Shown here: one piece after another, positions 26,946-40,099 of the stretch
How the letters are laid out: every line of letters starts with the position of its first letter
Position numbering within the stretch: position 1 is the stretch's first letter
DNA from: Raillietiella orientalis
Lineage: Eukaryota
Direction of reading: 5' to 3'
Length of the DNA stretch: 64,000 bases
Assembly: GCA_036172245.1 (NCBI GenBank)
Contig: JAYWIR010000032.1
Coordinates: forward strand, 1,488,001-1,552,000
Notes under the pieces: model-generated
Database searches by the model: none
What the model was told of the DNA's origin: nothing
The model's input: the letters and a program-made list of their open reading frames with translations, nothing else
Made by a program: the position numbers and the translations under genes

Positions 26946-27715
26946 CGACGACTGCGACGATGTTCATTGCGACGAAGCTTTTCCAGACGATTGCGAGGAT
27001 CCTTATCAGTTCGGTTTCAACGGCTCACGTTAGGAAAGTCTCCACTCCGTGCTTCGCGACAAAGATTCGAGGTGCGTTGCGAAAGATCGTCCGTGACTGT
27101 CTGCAGACGCGATGATACTTTGGAAAAACAGTTGGAATAAACGGCAGCGTTCCTTTGCACAGCATCGTAGTCCGAAGAGGGACGGGCACACAGCTGGAGA
27201 ACGTTTTGGGACTCACTCGGCGCTTTTCCGTTTCTGTAAATGCTGTTCCTCTCCCATCTTCCCTGTGTGCCGTTTCGAGCATCCTTCCAGGACTCTCCTC
27301 GTGTGGACGTCGCGACGCAGTTGGTGCGCCCGTGGGGTCGACGCTAGGGCTCCGGGAAAAAGGCACGCCGGTAATGCTGCAAGTCGAAATGACGGCGGCA
27401 CGTGAATTTTCCCGCACCCGTTGCCATCGGCTGGTAAGCCAACAGCAGAGATGCCTCCGGCTGCTGCCGTGACTGCGAGGGCATGCGCACGAGCGGGTGG
27501 ACTTTCGCTAGGCAGCCGAGGACCGCTCCGCAGCTGCGCGGCGGTCCGCCGTCGCCCGCGCCGCCGCTTTGGCGGTGCGGGTGGCGGCAGCGGCGAACGA
27601 CTGCGCGCTTTCACTCTTGCTTCCTTTGGGTTTGCTTGCTTTGCGATTTGCGGGCCGGATCGCGTTGCTAGGAAACGGCGCGATCGCCGTCCTCGGAGTC
27701 GGATCTTTCTGAAGA

Positions 27716-29308
27716 GTGTCACCCTCGAGCGTAGCATGGATCCCGAGGGAGGAGCGACAGGCCCGGGATCGTAGAGCCGGGAGTGCCTCGTCGCCCCTTC
27801 TCGTCGTTGCGTGTGCGTTGGCGCACGGACTGTTCTCGCTCTGTCTGCGTGGGTCGAGGCACCCGTGCGCTCCACCGGCGTCCTCGGATGGCACCAGCTC
27901 TGGGGTGCGTGCAGGAGCGCCCGCCCTCCTCCTGCTCTTCGCCGTCGTCGTCCTCCTTTCCCGCCTGCTCTTCCCCCTACTTTTGCGGCCCGCAGCGGCC
28001 TGCATGCCCTGCCCCCGCGCCGTACCGGTGCTGCCGCGACCCGGCGGCGGCGTACGGCCTCCACAAGGAGAGGCGCGCGCGCGACCGGACGCTGCTGCGT
28101 GAGTGCAAGCGGCTGTTCGACGACCCGGACGAGACGTGCTCGAGCAGCAGCGGCACGACGACGAGCACGAGCTGCGCGAGCAGCTGCGACGGCCGGCTGT
28201 ACAGGTACTGCCGCGAGTGCCAGCTGGTGCAGCCACCGCGAGCGCACCACTGCCCGGTGTGCGACGTGTGCGTGCGCGGACGGGAGCACCACTGCTTCTT
28301 CCTGGACGCCTGCGTGGGCGAGGACAACCTCGGCTACTTCGCGGCCTTCCTGCTGTGGTCCGCGGTAGCTCTGCTGGGCACAGCCGCCTACAGCGCCCAC
28401 TACCTGCTGCGGAAGTACCCGGAGAGGGGCCTGACGGGCGTGCTGTTCCCTGGTTACGCCATGGGCAGCCCCGCGCTGCCCTCGGGGGATTTCGCCGTCG
28501 CCACCGTCCTCAGCGGATCGCTGGCGCTGGCCGTCGTCGCTGTGCACCGCCTGGTGTCCTGCGTGAGCCTGGCGTCGGCGGGCGTCACCGCGTACGAGCG
28601 CCGCAAGGGCATCTCGGCCGAGGCGGCCGCCTGCAGCCGCCTGCGCGACCGACCGACGGCGCCGGCAGACGACCCGGAAGCCAGGGCGTGCTGCCGCATG
28701 GAGCGCGCCTTCGGCTCGCCCTGGTGGCTGGCTTTCCTGCTGCCTTGCCGGACGAGCGCCTTCGAGGAGCGGCGTCGGCGCCACGCCGAACGCGTGTCCT
28801 GCTTCAGCCGTTGCCTGACGCGGCAGCGTATGCTGCGCAAGTGCCACGAGGAGAGGGCGCTGGAGGAAGCTCCGCCGAGGAGGTGCCGTCCCGCGTCTCG
28901 CGGCTTGCCGGAGGCCCCCGGGGACGAAGAAGACCCGGAAGTCCGGTGCCGGAAGGCTTTCGCCGCCGCGAAGGAGCCCGCGTCGGCGGAGGCGTCGGCG
29001 GCTTCCAAGCGAGAGGACGGAGGGGACGCTCCCCGGGCCAAGAGCGAGCCCGCCTCCGTTGCTCGCGCCGCAGCCAAGGACGCGCCGGTGGAGCCCGCCG
29101 CTGGAGGTCGTCCCGGGGGGCAGCCCGACCGGACCGTCGTCGCCACCTCCCTGGAGCGGCTCGCGCAATCCGCGCGGAAGGACCTCGAGAGGAGGAAGAA
29201 GTGGGATAAGGAGAGACAGGATCGGCGCCGCGAGGTGCGCCAGCTGGTTGCTGCCGCGGACCGCCGCCTGCATCAGTTCAGCGACCGCGTCGACGAGGTC
29301 GGCGCCAT
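27716..29308 (+). pseudogene. Duplicate ZDHHC-like gene, cut 27 codons before the native stop and fused in frame to unrelated sequence (ORF continues to 29771)
   Basis: Same translation as the left copy up to ...RVDEVGAI (29308), then diverges. Confidence 0.8.
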
Positions 29309-29779
29309 TCGTGTGCTCCCTCTCGTGCTTGTTTGCAGGCTGTGCTTCCGTTGTCCCTCGTTGTGTCAGCCGAGTGCTTCCGAGCGTTCTTTGGTGCTTA
29401 CGTCGTTTCACTCGGACGGCGAGCGGTTAGCGTGCATCCTGCCTGCTTTTCGGGTTGTCCATTTGGCGATACCCGTTTCCCGCGTGAGTCGCCCATTTTC
29501 TCCCGATTTCAACCGCGCGCGTTGCCTCCCGCTGCAAGAAAAACAGCCGATTTTTCCTTCTTGTGCGCGCGAAGTGAGCGCGTGCCAACTACCCGCGGCC
29601 GGTGACGACGGATCCCAGGCACCCTCCCTTCAGGCGGTCCGTCCGATGCTGCTGACTGCATACTTCCGGTTTACCCCCAAGCTGCGGTTCGACTCATCGT
29701 GTGTCCGCCGGCAGTTCGCTTCCCTTGAAGTGAGAAGAGTAGCCAGCGCTGCTGCTGCTACTGCACTGTGATCCCCTGT

Positions 29780-30370
29780 GGAATGCGCGCCTGCCAGCGT
29801 CACTGGACGCGGAGCCCCAACTGTGGCCGGTGCAAGGAACGGGAATCGCAGCTCTCGCGCCCGCTTGCGGAAACTTCGTTGCCTTCTGCGATACGCTTCT
29901 TGGCCACCTTCGCCATCCCCGGCGGCAACCCCAGGAACGTTGTGGTGCTTCTCTACGTGCGGGACGTCCTGCATCCAGGCGCAGTCCTAGAGACACTTTG
30001 CTGCTTCCGCTGGACCGTGGTGGTGTGGTGCTGAGCCGACGGAAGCAGGAACAACAGGGACGCCGTCCACTCCGCTGTTCGCTTCCTGAGGAAAACGGCC
30101 AGATGACTCCGCCAGCGACACATCCGGACGGAATCCTGGGAAGGATTGAGGCTCCCTCCAGCGGGCAATGATCCCTTCCCAACTCTCCAGAATGTTTGCA
30201 TTTATTGTTCTGTGTTTATCCCATCCCGTTCTCGTGCCAAGGTGAGCCCAGCCGGTCTGCACAACGGCGATCCGAAAGGTGTCTTGTGAGATCGGCCGTG
30301 GTGCGGCCACCACCATGACGGTTCTTCCACGTTCCTTCTGACAAACGCCTCAGCGTGACCGGGTGACAAT
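29780..30370 (+). mobile_element. L1/Tx1-like 3' end with structured 3' UTR
   Basis: SPNCGRCKERES finger remnant, GAVLETLCC; hairpins at 30251-30268 and 30346-30365. Confidence 0.75.
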
Positions 30371-30399
30371 GCCTGGAGTCCGCAGGGGTGCTGCTTGCC

Positions 30400-31165
30400 T
30401 ACGCGCGGCTGGGCCAAACTGCCGAGCAGGTCCTCGAATCAAGAAAGACGAGGTCGGCCTTCGTGTCACGTGGACCTCCGCACCGCTCGGCTGACTTTGT
30501 CGTCCATCCACAGCGTCATCCGCGTGAGGTGGACCACCGCCGAGCGGTCCGCCGCGACTGGAGGAAGCCTCCTGTTCGCGACGGCGCTTCAGTCTTCCTG
30601 GTGCCGTGGAGTGAGGCCACCAGCGTCTTGGCAGTTGGACTCGACGACCTGACCCACGACGGAGACGCCTCCTTCTCTCTGTCTGAGGGCTTCCCAGCTG
30701 TTCCGCGAAGGTACGGCGCTCAACCGATGCAGGATCAAGACAGACCTACCATGTATAGAGCTGGACTCTCCCGTTGCATCCCCACGGGCAGATGCTTCGT
30801 CGCGCCTTCGGGTGACATCCCACAGGCTGACTTGTCCTTCGGCGCGTTCCCCGACGGCAGGTTCGTTGTTCCGAGGTGCTCCACAGTCCGGAACGGTCTT
30901 CTCGCGTTCCCCTCTCCTCTCCCGGTTCTTCTGCTTGGTCAGCCTTGGCATCCGGTGAGGATCCCGGCACGGTGAGGTTCCAAGGTCGCGTGAGAGGCTC
31001 GGTGGCGATCGGGAGAGGCGCGGCGACGCCTGATGGCTGGTCTAAGTCCCGCTTGGTGCGCACTCGAGCGACGCATCCGTGGGCGTCGCGTCGGCAGCGG
31101 AGGACCTTTCGTCGTCGGTGACGCGCTACCTACGCGGAGATGCGAGGATGTGGCTTCCCGGCTGA
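30400..31165 (-). mobile_element. Nested LINE fragments (ORF2 piece ~30960-31165; ORF1-like piece ~30400-30900)
   Basis: 31060-31150 is an inverted homologue of 40140-40230; VLILHRLSAVPSRNSWEAL..VGQV resembles ORF1. Confidence 0.55.
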
Positions 31166-31799
31166 GGCTGCTTGTCTCTCTACCGGATCTCCAGCCGCCC
31201 AATGAGAGCGTGCACCGCTGCGGACGATTTCCCCTTTGGCACTGGAAAGATTGCGGATTGCAACCGGAGACTGGGTGGTCATTCGACCCATACTCGATCG
31301 TTAACCCAAGCGCCAGTTTGTGGGGTAGAATGCTGTAGCTTTCATCCATGCACGCATTGAAGGCGTGCATGAATACTTTTGTATTCATGACTCTGAGACC
31401 TAGTCTCAAATCACGAAGCCACGGAAATCTCATACCATGACCGCAGAAGGCAAGCTCAGGATGCATTCAGCTCAGCATGAGAATCGCATGCTCCAGACAC
31501 TTAGGAGCTCAGGGACTCTTTGATCCGTATAAAATGTACGTTATTCGTGCTGGCTACTTCACCTCATTAATTGCTTCACTTTGCAAGAACGGCGTACATC
31601 TTTGCTGATTGGATAGGCGGATAAATGATCATCGTAAAATTTTCATGTTGATTATAGGGAAAAGCAATTAATGAGGCTGATCGATCGTTGATTGAAATTG
31701 ATGACATTATTTAAGGAAGCTAGTAGAGATCATTTGTTCCTGTGCTTGAACTCTGAGCACTAATGATGGTTATCGGAAAACTTCCGATGACGCCATGGT

Positions 31800-32900
31800 C
31801 ACTTTGACACCCTAGAGTATCTTCTGTCTAATAGAAGAAAGGGTTCCCTCTGCACCTTCGAGTTTTTATCGGCTCCCTTTGGTGAGCACGCACTTTTAGT
31901 GCGCCCTTCCCCCGCACTGCACGGAATGAAACGTTTGGGCACCTCGTTTCTAGGGGTCCGAAGTGTTGCGATACCCCAGTATTTGGTCTTCTCCACGTGC
32001 CACAGGACGACGGATTCTCCGCCGACCTGCAGCTCGTGGGGCGGCCCACTGCCGTCGGGTGGACCGTAATTTTGGCCTGCAGCCTCCTCTGAGCAGCCCG
32101 TCGTTGCCCCTCGAAGGGGTTGAGGCTTTGCCCACAGCGCGCGAGCGGTCCCCAAGATCGATAATTCACTCCCTACCGCTTCTTCAGTCGTGCGGAGTGT
32201 AATCCCCGTTGGGTGGGCCATGATGGACCGGTCCGCCGTGAGGACCTAGAGTAGTCCCCAGGACTCATGAATAACCGCATCCTCTCTCTTGAGGAGCAGG
32301 GGCCGGTGCTTTTGCTGCTGCCTTGGGGCCTCCCACGCAACTCCTGCAGACATCTCTGGACCCCGGGCTAGGAGGGGGCGGACCCAAACTGCTGCGGTCG
32401 CGAGGAACGTGGATTCCATCCACGCCCGCTCGTAGAAGCTGCGTAGTCCTGCGACCGTGATCCGGTCAGGTGGATGTAACGAGGTAGAGCTTAAGCCCCT
32501 CCGCGGTCATGAGGGGTCTTAAGCCGTTGAGTCCAGGTCTGCCCCCTTGCGACCCCCACTACGTATGGAGAGCCGTACGAGCCCTTCCCTCTTTACGTTG
32601 AGCCTGCTCGGCTCCTTCGAGGAGCTGCGCAGTCTCAGAAGAACGTCAACGGTCTGCCTCATACAGGAGCGGCGGGTCGCAGCGCTCCGCCAGGTAGGCA
32701 CCCTCCTCGGCTACGGGCAGCAGGAGAAGGGGCTGCTGCCACGTTGACCTCGCTGGAGGGCAGGGACAGTTCCGTCGGGGCGGGCGCCTCCCCTATCTCG
32801 ATACGCTGGAAGGGAAGGGGGGATGAGAGGGATCTTCCCCTTGGAAAGCCATAGCGGCAACCTCTGGCATTGTTGCCGCAATGGGAGCACCGCTTACTCC
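31800..32900 (-). mobile_element. Decayed LINE ORF1-like fragments
   Basis: RSSSKEPSRLNVKREGLVRLS, YIHLTG and HPTGITLRTTEEAV..LQVGGESVVLWH match the ORF1 at 48934 (RSSKKELQQLNVREKDLEGLS; IHLTGVSLR). Confidence 0.7.
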
Positions 32901-33699
32901 ACACCATGAGCACAAAACTCCCGAGGCCACGCAACCAGGAGCGCAGGGAAAACGCGTCCTCACGCTACGGCCCGAGATCTCGGACTCCGACAATGGAAGC
33001 TGGAAGTTCGTCGTCCGCCGTTCCGCCTTTTCCAGACGCGTACCCTGTTTTCGGGCAGGTGTGCCCCACTGTACGCCGATAGGCTTGGGGCGGTGGCGGT
33101 GGCTGCAGACGGGTAGATGTGGCGCCTACGGCCGTATCCCAACACCACGAAAATGGCCATGGCGCGCACGGACCGGAGGTGTAAACTCTGTTGTGCGCTT
33201 TCGTCTGCGTTCAAAGATCTCCCTGGCCCCCCTATCACGTGATGGAAATTCATGGCGGTCTCGTGCATTAGTTTTTCTCTCTTGCTTTCCCTCACCTCGG
33301 CACATCCCCCTTTGATGCTCTCGATCGTACCTCCTCCGGGAAGGGGGGGGGGGGATTGCGCGTTCGAATCCCGCCTGGAGAAGGATCAATGCCGAGGAAT
33401 GGAGGTGCGTCGTGAGTTGCGAGTGCCCCCCACAAGATGACGCTAGCTGGTCAGAAGTCTTCGGCTGTGGCACTAGTGTGAACCGAATCCATCCATTGAG
33501 TGGCTGGGATTGGAAGTTGACCCTATTTCCTTCCAGGACATCAACGAGCAGCCTCTAGTTGTTCGAATAGAGTCGACTTCCTCCCCCTTCTTACTCAAAG
33601 GGGGACCCTCCATTGCGTACCATGGAGCTGGTGGATCGACACCCCTCCAGGGTGTCAAAAAGTGCGCTGCTCCCTACAGGGAGCGACCTTTCAGAGAAA

Positions 33700-34500
33700 T
33701 CGGGAAACTTTCCATGGAGGTTCTCTTCAGAGTATTAAAAAGGAGAGGAAGAAGAAATTCCAGAAACGCGCATTTTTTCCGGGCCCTCTCCGGGGAAGAA
33801 ATGAGGGCTTGCCCCCTCCAAGGGTCCCTCCAAGGAGAATAAGGAAGAGGTTTCCCTACCAAGCACAAGCCTCTGGAGCCTGCCTGGGTTCATAGGGTCG
33901 TCCCTCCGGGGCTGCCCTCTAACTTGGGTAACTTGGCATCATGTCAGATGCCGGGTCTTGCTCTCTTCAAGAGGACGGAGTCGGCATCAGTCCTCTCCCT
34001 GGATGGGAGGCATGCCGTGTCCTGGAACACGTTTGTCGCTTCCGTCCCTCTCTCAATTCCGCTTTCCGTTCCCTACGATACCGGAAGGAGGTAACGGTGG
34101 ATTTCCCAACGGAAACCCTTCCGGACTCAAGAAGGGGAGGTGGGGAGTCTGGCTCGAAGACTCCGAGGACCCCCGCGTCGGAACAGAGCTCTTGATCTTC
34201 TCACGCCGAGAGGCATCGATGGCCGGCGTTTTGTCGGCGAGCACTGGAACGCGCTCAGCCGGTGCCACTCCAGACAAGCCTCCTCAGAATCTTGGCCCAC
34301 TGCGCAGGGCCAGCCGTTGCTCATTCGTGCTTCTCCGAAAGGAGAATGCAATGGTACCTCCGTACTAGTCGGTTTCGGCCCTCGTCTCGAGCTCCGGAAC
34401 GAATTACTTTTGCGAACCTCCTGCTGCCCAGGGAGCACCGACGCCACGAGGATGGGGATGGCGAAGACCCGAGGTCACCGGGAATCTCCGCCTGCCTTCC
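33700..34500 (-). mobile_element. Possible further ORF1-like relic
   Basis: Weak similarity only (ERVPVLADK..; FLSPEGFPL). Confidence 0.3.
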
Positions 34501-36364
34501 AAACTTGCTGAATCATTCCAACTTCCCGAAATCGCTTCGCCCAAAAGGAAAACGCGGCGGAAGAAGAAATAATCGAAAGCTAGCCCGGGCCGCGGAACTC
34601 TGAAGAAACCGTGCACCTGGTCCGAACTCTTTGACCCAAGGGGTCGGGGCTCTGGTAATGCTCCCGCGAGTTTCGGCGACGCTGCAACCGCAGACGGGGA
34701 ACGGCGGACCCGACGGAACGGTTTTTACGCCGGAAGGAAATCGGGAAGTTCCCTGGGTGCTCTCCCGGCGGGACGCGCCTCCACGTCGCCTGTCGGTGTC
34801 AGAGCGCTGCGCCAGCGTGCACAGCTGCGGTTTCCTCGTCCAGGGCTACCTCAGGTGCGTCCGCTGCAAAACGGTGTTGTCATTCGCAACGAAAGAGAGG
34901 GAATTGGCAAGAGAAGACCGTTTCTCAGAAGCGGAAGTGTTGCCACCCTTGCAAGTTCCGGCGGTGATGCAAGCATGCACAGGAAGAAAGGGACATAAAT
35001 GGAAGAAGGGGGGGGCGGAGGGACGATTAAACAGCAAACAAAAACTAAGTTCCCTAACGCTTGCGGGCAGGGAAAGCAGCTGTGTTCGGTAGCTTCCTGA
35101 AAAAGGAGCTTCATGTCTTCCGCTTTATTTCTTCGCGCACGAGGTTTCGGCCTTCCTTTGGGGACGGTGCCTCCTGGGGTTGAAAATTCAGGTCAACTTC
35201 AGCAAGAAGGCGCGCTCGTTCGCGATCGGACTCCACAGGGAAGACGAGGACAGAAAGAGCCAAAGCGCATGAGCAAATGAGCTTTGAGGAATGTGGAATT
35301 GAACCACCAGAGGCCAGCGTTAACGCGAGGAAGGAGGACCTCGATTGAGCACGCATTAGCAGCTTTGAAGAGCATTTCTGGTGGCAGAATGGGTGACTAA
35401 TCGTGGACAGGGTTGTCGCAACGCAAGCTGCCTCGTGTTCCCTCAGCAGACACTGACCACCGAAACCGTCTCTCTACTTCCCCATGCTTGACTTGTTGGC
35501 ATGACGAGGCCAGGGAGGAGAAGAGACCTGAGGTCACGTTCAAACGCATTAGGAGGGGGGGGGGGGAAGGAACACGAAGTTGTGCTTTCGTGCACAGCAG
35601 CCGATTGTCGCCAGCACTGTGAGCTCAAATGTGCAGCGTAGTGCGGGGGGGAGGGAGGGGAGGGGACCTGATGGACGAATCCCCCATGCACGTCCTTTTG
35701 CCTTCTTTCTCCGAACCGCCCGCTCACCTCGAGTGTGCACCCTGGTGGACGTGAGCGGTGGGAACTCGATCGGCAACGCGCAGAGTCAAGCAGCTGCAGA
35801 ACAAAGGTCACACTGATCTCTGAGCGCGTGGGAAAAAGATGCTTCTCCTTGCATTCACTGAGCAGAGTGAAGAAACTGAGTTTCGAACACGAACAAGGCA
35901 GGAGTGACCAGGCCGAGAGACGACGGGTGTTCTGCCGACGGAAGGGGCCGAGCAGCGTGAACGGCGAGTCTTCGCAATTTACCATCTCTTATCCACGCGC
36001 TAATCGTACCTCCTGGAAGAATCCAGAATGGCAAACGTGGCACGAATTGAATTCTGCAAGCATTCGGCCTACTCTGGAATTCGTCGCACTTCTTACCCTT
36101 TCATTTGGTCTCGACTGGCCCCCCTCCCCGGCCAGGAATCTGTGCGATCCGCCCTTGGAGTTAAAGTACTTACCTTTTTTTTTTTTTTTTCGACAGCTTC
36201 TCTCAAGAAAAATTCCCCAAGAGGAACGTCCCAGAGTCCAGATCGATACCTTTCAAGCTAAATGCAAGTTACATTCTCTCTGATAGTCTTTTATATTTGC
36301 TAAAGAAACGATACATCATCGTTTGCTTTTTTATTCCCTCACTTCAGGAGTCTCCATTTCAGGT

Positions 36365-37985
36365 TTATCTTGCAAACAGAGGTAGAAGCTTTAGCGCTGC
36401 GCCCACTGGATTTTTCCCCGCTTCCAGCAAGATGCAGAGGAAGGCCAAAAGAAGCAAGAAGAGCAATGTGAATAAATCCTCTATAGACCTGAAAACAAGG
36501 AATTAGTTGCCACAGAAGCGACAAACGTCTGACTATGAGCGGATTCTGATCCACGCATCCGTCTATGCAACTGCGTTTTCGCTACTCCCATCCGGGAAAC
36601 TGCTGACCGCAACCGATGAAGAAGGGTACAAATTGTACTTGGATAAGTACGGTTTCGTTCCCCTTACCGGTTTTCTCTTTCAAACTTTTCTTCTCGCGTT
36701 TTTTTTTTTTTTTTTTTTTTTTCCATGCTTCCTCAGACTGCACTCGATTTTCACCATGGTTTTTTGGCACACCGTACTTTGCTTGCGCGACCATTGGAAA
36801 CATGGAAGGGAGGGGAAGCAGCCCACCGCCGGAGAACACGCGCTGCCCCTTGTCCCTACGAACACTCAGAGCGACGCGGATTTTCCAGCAGCCGCGCGCG
36901 CACCCGATTTACCCCCTCCCCCCATTCCCCCGGCAGAATCCCGCCGCTCTCTCCCCTCCTGTCGCGCGCAATTCCTCCTGGGCGTTGGGACGTCGCGGTG
37001 CGCGCGAGACGCTCCCCAGCCGGCGGCCCCCTGCCACTTCTGCGGGGCCATCTTGACCCCCACGACGACGGCGAAAGGCCCCCACCCACCTCCAACTTCT
37101 CTTCCCGAAACTGATGTTGCCAAAGGCAACATCCCGTCCGCACAGCAGCGTCAATGGCGCTGGCGCATTTTTTGCTAGAAAGATGTTCCAGGAGGGAAGG
37201 GGGGGGGGACATTTCCAGAAGATCTCACACAACGCCTTTCGTTGCGTCCTTCCTTCCTTTCTCTGGAACAGCTTCAGATGAACGTTTCCGAGGGACGGTT
37301 CGCGCTTGCGGTAAAGAGGAATTAGCGCGAGACGCACGGCTTTTAGCATCTCTCTCCCTTTTTTTCAGGTTAAACTGTACAGCGAAGGGAAGCGGCTTTC
37401 ATAACATCCGTGCGCACATGGTCACTCCATTCTTTCAGCATGCAAACGAAGAAAACCACGACAGTTCACTCTGGCCACTGACTGATCGCAAATCCAAGAC
37501 GAACAGACGTCTTGCATCAGCGTCACGGAACACACCCATGCAGCAGTTACGTGTCACGACCTGAATGTGGTTACTTACTTAAATATATCCTTTAGCACTC
37601 CCCATGCATCTCGGGGTTGGAAAGTAAATAGAGACTTTACTAGCTCATCGAGACTGTCTCCCAGCCTAAATAATTCCTGTAGTAATCTCTCAGCTATCTT
37701 GCTAACATTGCATATTGGTGCAATCATGTCGATCTGATCAAAGTATTCTTCCACTTTACTCCTATTTCTGGCCCCAGCATCGTCTTGTCTCATGTAAGGC
37801 GGCATCTGTACCCATTCGTCATCGGAAAGTTCTTCACTGAATGAGTTCGCTGAACACCATGGAATAATTTTCGTGTTTCACGGGGAAGTGCGGTGAGCGA
37901 CGCGAAGGAGAGGAAGAGGGTGGGTTGAGCGTTCTCCGTACTCACCTTCAGCAGCCACCACGAGCAGCACCAAGGCCAAAAACAT
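36365..37985 (-). CDS. Small secreted or single-pass Leu-rich protein, paralog A (144 aa, 3 exons: 37985-37946, 37849-37579, 36488-36365)
   Basis: GT-AG sites with phases 1 and 2; MFLALVLLVVAAEANSFSEE...IAPICNVSKIAERLLQE...KSIEDLFTLLFLLLLAFLCILLEAGKNPVGAALKLLPLFAR*; same exon structure as paralog B. Confidence 0.8.
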
Positions 37986-38270
37986 CTCGATGCTGAACCA
38001 GTCGAAGACGCGTTTCAGGAATCGGTGTTCGGCCGGATGTACGGGACGTGTGGGTTATATGCTGAACGCTCGCAGGTGTTTTTGTTTGCTGCCTCAGATG
38101 GTCAGTCAGTCCCATGACGTTCGCGGCAACACTCAATCCGCTGTTCGCATGACAAGCGAACATTTCCCTGCGAGTGTGGCTCTCTTGCGCGGGTGCCGAT
38201 CCGCGTGGCTCCTCCAACTCCTCGAGGCGTGCCGTTCCCAATAGGGCCTTCCCCCACAGGAGGAGAGCCG
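37869..38270. repeat. 402-bp tract apparently identical (inverted) to 61920-62321
   Basis: Direct comparison shows no net indel; identical ORF translations in both places. Confidence 0.95.
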
Positions 38271-40099
38271 GAAGTTTTCTGAATGCGATTTTTCGGCCCT
38301 CCTTCAGCCCTTTGCGGTGGTGTTGGCGGCACAGGGGATTCGGGCACACCCCAGCCTTGGAGAGACCTCCGTCTTCAGAGCAGCAAGTGAAAAACATTTT
38401 GGAAATGACTCAAAAAGGAAAAAGCAACAGCACAGATGGCTGATTGCGGTGCTCCTGAAGTTAAGTGACGATAGGAGCACCGTGCAACGCGAGTTTGCGC
38501 GTGCAGACAGCGAGGCTCGTGGCTCAGTTCTTTCGCTGTCTTTTCCCAGAGGGACAGGACAGTGAGGTGGGCAACCGAACTTCTTGAACCGAATGGGAAA
38601 AAAAACTCTTCCTTCCGTTTGCGATCAGCCTGAGTGCACTGTGCAACGGAAGATCAGAGGGCTGTGTACCCACCCTATCACGGATGCCTTCGAAATCATT
38701 GAAAATCGTCTCCTTCTGTACGCCACATGAAATCGGGATTGACCTTCTTCTAGGAGGATTCGCTTCTAGGAGCCCGCGTCGATGCTCAGCTTCCATCGCA
38801 GCAATGCATCGCAACTGATGGCCTCCTCAGGGTCTTCAGGGTTGACTACTCCCTTTGTGTCTTCGTGCTGCTAGGAAATGGTGTGTTCGGAAATGTTCGA
38901 ATCGGTGCCGTTCGCAGCTTTGAAGTTTTTGAAAGGACGATTCCGCGACCCGGTGGCGCAGAAATCCGTTTCCTGGGAGGCACCAGATGAACAGCGCCGA
39001 TTCGGATGCAGCGTGATTCGTTTGCACGTGCAAACGCAACTTTTTTTTGAGAGATGACGCAAAACCCTGGCAATGAGAAACAGTTGTAACAACCCCATCT
39101 CTGAATGCATCCAGGAACTGCTGGGGCGAGAGGGATCCCTCGAGAGGGATCCCTTGCTGCAAACTATGAGAAATTTGATTCGTTTGATGACATGAAATCT
39201 GTAAGAACACATTGATTCAGTGGAAACACACAAAAAAATAGAAAAGCAGGTAGCAAAGAGAGTCGAAATGCTTATTTTCGGATTTACTATTAGTCTCGAA
39301 TTAAAGAGAAACGCACAGGTGGTACACATATGCGAGAGAGCTAGGTGAGATGGCTGTCATGGTAACAGAATACAGTTAGATCTCTCTTTTGCTGCCGCTC
39401 CGTTCACAAGTGTCTGATTTTAGTTTTTAGGTGCTGATGTATCACTTATGGGCTCCTTGGATTAGCATGGGCTTGATGGTTGGAATCAGTAAGGGCTCGG
39501 ACTCGGTTGGCTGTTAAGCATTTTTCCAAAGGGCGTCAGCTTTTCTCTCTATAATAGGGCATACGCGGAAGAAGGTACGGTAAGAAGGTACGCGAGAACA
39601 TGACCGCAGAGCTTAGAAGAGGGTGATGTAAGGACCAGTAGCCCGAGGAATCAAATGGGAAATTCCGAAAACGCTCCAAATATTCCTGTGGAAAAGAAAC
39701 AACAAAAATCCTTGGATATACCTCAGGAACCAGACTGCAGAGAAGACACTGCTACAGTATTTTCCCGGCACCAACTAAGGGATTCCCACTAGTCAATGAA
39801 TTGCACGCGCAAGAAGAGAAAATTGTCTCGTGATCGCGACCTAGTGTTTGGCGCCGACCCCAACACTGCGCAGAATTCAGCAAACACCCGTTGCCTTTTC
39901 GAAATAGGCACGCTAGCGATGGAGCGTAGGGACTGCAGTTCGTAGGCGGATGCCTGCTATGGGAAGCAAGTCGTCGCTTGCGTGGGAACCTCCCCGAGGT
40001 TGAGGGGGCAGGAGGAGGGGAACTCTGAGGCGGAACAGCACAGATCCCGTGAAAGTCACCCTCGCGCTGGTACGAGAAAGTCCAAACTCGAAGGGCGTG

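Larger units (their letters stand above)
20502..29308. repeat. Right arm of ~8.8-kb inverted duplication
   Basis: Reverse complement of 7620-16434 with scattered substitutions and indels. Confidence 0.97.

Noticed and set aside
7620..29308. Arms as TIRs of a Maverick/Polinton or other giant transposon
   Set aside because: No integrase, polB or capsid genes, no TSD, and the ends fall within genes and repeats.
36297..37178. + strand ORFs or exon at 36297-37178
   Set aside because: They overlap exon 3 and intron 2 of paralog A on the opposite strand, and the poly-Phe comes from a T-run.
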